DNA of 64,000 nucleotides from the IMG/VR virus record IMGVR_UViG_2576861193_000002, one strand, 5' to 3'. The stretch comes from a virus (Duplodnaviria > Heunggongvirae > Uroviricota > Caudoviricetes). Every line of letters starts with the position of its first letter. The stretch's first letter is position 1. Below are positions 61,437 to 64,000 of this stretch, piece after piece. The translations under genes were made by a program, and so were the position numbers. The notes below the pieces were generated by a model. It was not told where the DNA came from and did not search any database. It was given only the letters and a program-made list of their open reading frames with translations.

Positions 61437-61907
61437 TTATTCTTTGCGTAAGCACTGCGTTTTGATGTAGTCCTGTAGCCCTACGATCTGAGCGTCTTTC
61501 GTTTTTAGTTGTTCTCTGAGGGATAGATAAGCCGATTCAGCGTCGGGAGTGAGTCTACAGGCGGCTCTATCAATGCTGCTGGCGGTTCCGGAGGAGTCTG
61601 ACACTCGCACGGGTATTGCGTTGACGCGCAGCCTGATAGTGCCGTTATCAATGCCAGTGCGCAGATCGGCAATGTCAGATCTGATAGCTTTAATCTCATC
61701 GTGATACCTCTTATCAAGTTTTGACAGTTCGGCGTTTCGCTCCTTCATCTGCTGAATAGTGTTACTTGCTGTTTTCAGTGCGCCTTGCGTGGTCGTTAAT
61801 TCTTCCTGTAACCTTGTCGCCTCACTCTGGTAATGGCATGTCACGGCTGTAAGACTGGCAATGATGCAAACAACAGCGGCGATAATTAACGCCTTCACCT
61901 TGTCCAT
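61437..61907 (-). CDS. Rz-like i-spanin
   Basis: N-terminal TM + coiled coil periplasmic domain; embedded Rz1. Confidence 0.75.
   Translation of the reverse strand: MDKVKALIIAAVVCIIASLTAVTCHYQSEATRLQEELTTTQGALKTASNTIQQMKERNAELSKLDKRYHDEIKAIRSDIADLRTGIDNGTIRLRVNAIPVRVSDSSGTASSIDRAACRLTPDAESAYLSLREQLKTKDAQIVGLQDYIKTQCLRKE
61505..61699 (-). CDS. Rz1-like o-spanin lipoprotein (embedded)
   Basis: Lipobox LSGC; proline-rich (PPEPPAALIEPP). Confidence 0.7.
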   Translation of the reverse strand: MRLKLSDLTLPICALALITALSGCASTQYPCECQTPPEPPAALIEPPVDSLPTLNRLIYPSENN

Positions 61908-62416
61908 GTTCCCCCCTCGCAACCCATCGAAGGTGCATATTCACCATAGAAAAAGTTTTCCGCCAAAATGCGAGCCGCGATCGCTTCGTCCAGTGAATAA
62001 AACAAGCCAATACATATGCGTTTACCGTCATTGTCGGTAATCCTTACCCGCCATTTAGGCTTGCTCCGCTCTGTTTTGTGGTAGGTAACACCCCTAAATC
62101 CAGATGATGTATGAGGGGTAAGGTGTTTTTTATTCATGCTGTTATGCGTATCGTCTACTTCTCGCAAGTTTATAATCCTGTTATCGTGTTTTATCCCATT
62201 GATATGATCGATATCCTTTTCAGGCCATACTCCATAATGGAAAAACCACGCAAGGCGATGCGCTTTATATCTTCCTATGTATATATATCCGCTTTTATGC
62301 TTAAACCCTGCCACACTACCAGCCTTAATCCTCCCGTGAGGACTAATCTTATAGGTAAAAACACCTGTTTCTGGATCATAGTGCAGCTTTCGTTTTAGCT
62401 CATCATCACTTTTCAT
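61895..62416 (-). CDS. HNH homing endonuclease (HNH_3-type), paralog of 41236-41802
   Basis: 173 aa; motif IDHINGIKHDNRIINLR; inserted between endolysin and Rz. Confidence 0.75.
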   Translation of the reverse strand: MKSDDELKRKLHYDPETGVFTYKISPHGRIKAGSVAGFKHKSGYIYIGRYKAHRLAWFFHYGVWPEKDIDHINGIKHDNRIINLREVDDTHNSMNKKHLTPHTSSGFRGVTYHKTERSKPKWRVRITDNDGKRICIGLFYSLDEAIAARILAENFFYGEYAPSMGCEGGTWTR

Positions 62417-62897
62417 TAGTTACGCCCCATTCACAAACAGCGCGTTCAATATCGCGTCGATTTTTTAATCCCTGTATATATCGCCCATTATCATATACCC
62501 AGCGATCCAACTCCTTACACGCCCCCATAAAGTCGCCTTTATTTATTTTTTTTAACAAGGTTGATTTTTTGAAAGCGTCAACCCCGATATTGTATGAAAA
62601 GCTAATTAGCGCGGCGCGTTGGTAGTCATTCATGTCAACTTTTACATAACGATCGACCGCCTTTTTGTAAACGGCTAAGTGTTTTTGTAAAAGTCTCTCG
62701 CATTCATCAGGTGTGTATCTCTTACCAGGGACAACATCAGGGCCGGTTATGCCATTGCATACAGTTAGCACGCCTCCGGTATCGTAATAAGGCTCGTAAG
62801 CCGTACCCTCAACCCATACAAGCAAAACAGATGCAATGGCTAACGTTCCACCAGCCGCCGCCTTAGTTAGTCGGTTTTTCAGCGATTGGCTAATCAT
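62406..62897 (-). CDS. endolysin (lysozyme-like, N-terminal signal-anchor)
   Basis: 163 aa from MISQSLKN; hydrophobic N-terminus then lysozyme-like core resembling the prophage-1 endolysin. Confidence 0.8.
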   Translation of the reverse strand: MISQSLKNRLTKAAAGGTLAIASVLLVWVEGTAYEPYYDTGGVLTVCNGITGPDVVPGKRYTPDECERLLQKHLAVYKKAVDRYVKVDMNDYQRAALISFSYNIGVDAFKKSTLLKKINKGDFMGACKELDRWVYDNGRYIQGLKNRRDIERAVCEWGVTNEK

Positions 62898-62898
62898 G

Positions 62899-63099
62899 TT
62901 ACTTATTCCCCATTCGCGCGTCGTGTTCCTCTTGCGCTCGCTTGTTCTCCTGTGATTTGAAATAATAGTTAACGGCAAATGTGCCAATGGTTGATAAGAT
63001 ACCCACAAAGACGGCAACGTCATTGATGGTTATCGCGCCGAAAAAAGCAGTTACGGCCCCAGTCACATACGCACACGCCGCCCGTATTCTGTCGAACAT
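62899..63099 (-). CDS. holin
   Basis: 66 aa, two TM segments, charged C-terminus; SD ggagg; stop overlaps endolysin start. Confidence 0.7.
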   Translation of the reverse strand: MFDRIRAACAYVTGAVTAFFGAITINDVAVFVGILSTIGTFAVNYYFKSQENKRAQEEHDARMGNK

Positions 63100-63113
63100 A
63101 GATTTACCTCCAA

Positions 63114-63141
63114 CAAAGCAAAAACCCGGCGCGGGGCCGGG
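63114..63141 (-). terminator. intrinsic terminator just upstream of holin (tR'-like)
   Basis: acccggc-gcgg-gccgggt hairpin followed by U-rich run on minus strand. Confidence 0.5.
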
Positions 63142-63565
63142 TAGTTACAGTTTCGCATTGTTAGATAATATTTTAATCTGTTTGTTTACGCCCTACAAAT
63201 ACGGCTTTACGGCTTTCTATATATCAGGCCATTATCAAGCAATCTTTGCATATGCCACCGATCCATGTCGCTTGATTCCCAATACGGAACATCATCAGGT
63301 CTTATCATCACCGCTTCACCTCTAACCAAATAAGCGATGTTGAATACCTTGTGTAAATAGATACCGTCTTCAATCTCGTTCATAGGTCGCTAACCTTCAC
63401 CAGCCATCTTCCGCCACATAGGGATAGATTCATCAAAATATGTATTTTCCATTCCATCATTGTATGCCAGTTCATAAAAACGCCCACGATTTACATCTTC
63501 AATCACGCGGCTGTACGTGCCATCGGTACGACTAACACCGCGCCATAGCCTGAACACAACCATAA

Positions 63566-63865
63566 TTAAAACTCCGCACCAGGTAAGCTACGCGCTTTAT
63601 TTACCGCATCGTGCTTTAAACATAGGCAGGCGTGGTAGTTCATAATCCCCATATTACCAACTGGTATTTCATTATTTTCTGCCTTTATTCTTAACAACTG
63701 GTTTTTAGTGAAGATCCTGTCACCATCAGTGATATATAACCAGTCGCCGCGCTTGCCAACTACAACATGAGTTCCGCCCCAACTGTCTTTAAATTCATAA
63801 TTGTAGAAAACATCATCATTAGGAACTTCGACAAAACAGCACGCAATGAATTTATCGCTTTTCAT
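63566..63865 (-). CDS. hypothetical phage protein
   Basis: 99 aa ORF upstream of lysis cassette. Confidence 0.35.
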   Translation of the reverse strand: MKSDKFIACCFVEVPNDDVFYNYEFKDSWGGTHVVVGKRGDWLYITDGDRIFTKNQLLRIKAENNEIPVGNMGIMNYHACLCLKHDAVNKARSLPGAEF

Positions 63866-64000
63866 GATCCCACCCCTTCTGGTTTAATGGGGCCATTTGG
63901 CCCCTGTTTCGCGCATCTTCCAGGAAAGTAACATTAATCAGAAAACCCCTTTATAATCGACCGTGTATTTTGCTACTAATTTCCATTCACAATAGTTTTC

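Larger units (their letters stand above)
32483..64000. mobile_element. second lambdoid/siphovirus prophage (partial; late and structural module, continues beyond right edge)
   Basis: Contiguous lysis, terminase, portal, capsid, tail, J and tail-fibre genes on minus strand; tail-fibre end abuts zntB upstream region. Confidence 0.8.

Noticed and set aside
63210-63562. Two minus-strand ORFs under 60 aa between the 99-aa hypothetical gene and the holin-proximal terminator, considered as Q or late-promoter partners
   Set aside because: No recognisable antiterminator features and starts not supported by clear SDs; without the region beyond the window edge the late regulatory module cannot be assigned.

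Overview
E. coli-like chromosomal window holding two lambdoid prophages that flank a ~4 kb core block (ttcA, dbpA, sRNA fnrS, zntB; 28.19-32.09 kb). All calls rest on reading the six-frame translations and DNA by eye; no searches were run. LEFT (1-28.14 kb): a Rac-like prophage integrated at ttcA and running off the left edge, with int/xis, recET, kilR, sieB, a racR/ydaS/ydaT immunity region, an O-like initiator with internal iterons, a ~7 kb cargo island (MFS, ChaC-like, LysR, DUF2254-like, BCCT) bounded by related hairpin repeats, a hok toxin, Q, two TolA-domain-III-like lipoproteins, an S21/R21/Rz/Rz1 lysis cassette, trkG, a ParB-like protein and a putative small terminase. RIGHT (32.5-64 kb): a second siphovirus prophage running off the right edge, with holin/endolysin/Rz/Rz1, terminase, portal, capsid, tail and tail-fibre genes on the minus strand. 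Its structural operon is interrupted by four plus-strand moron cassettes and two HNH endonuclease genes; the best candidates for an undescribed system are the T5orf172/GIY-YIG-like zinc-ribbon cassette (45.5-47.0 kb), the three-gene cassette between tail genes L and M (43.8-44.8 kb), and four tandem hydrophobic mini-ORFs before the small terminase (60.3-60.6 kb). No rRNA, tRNA or CRISPR array was found.
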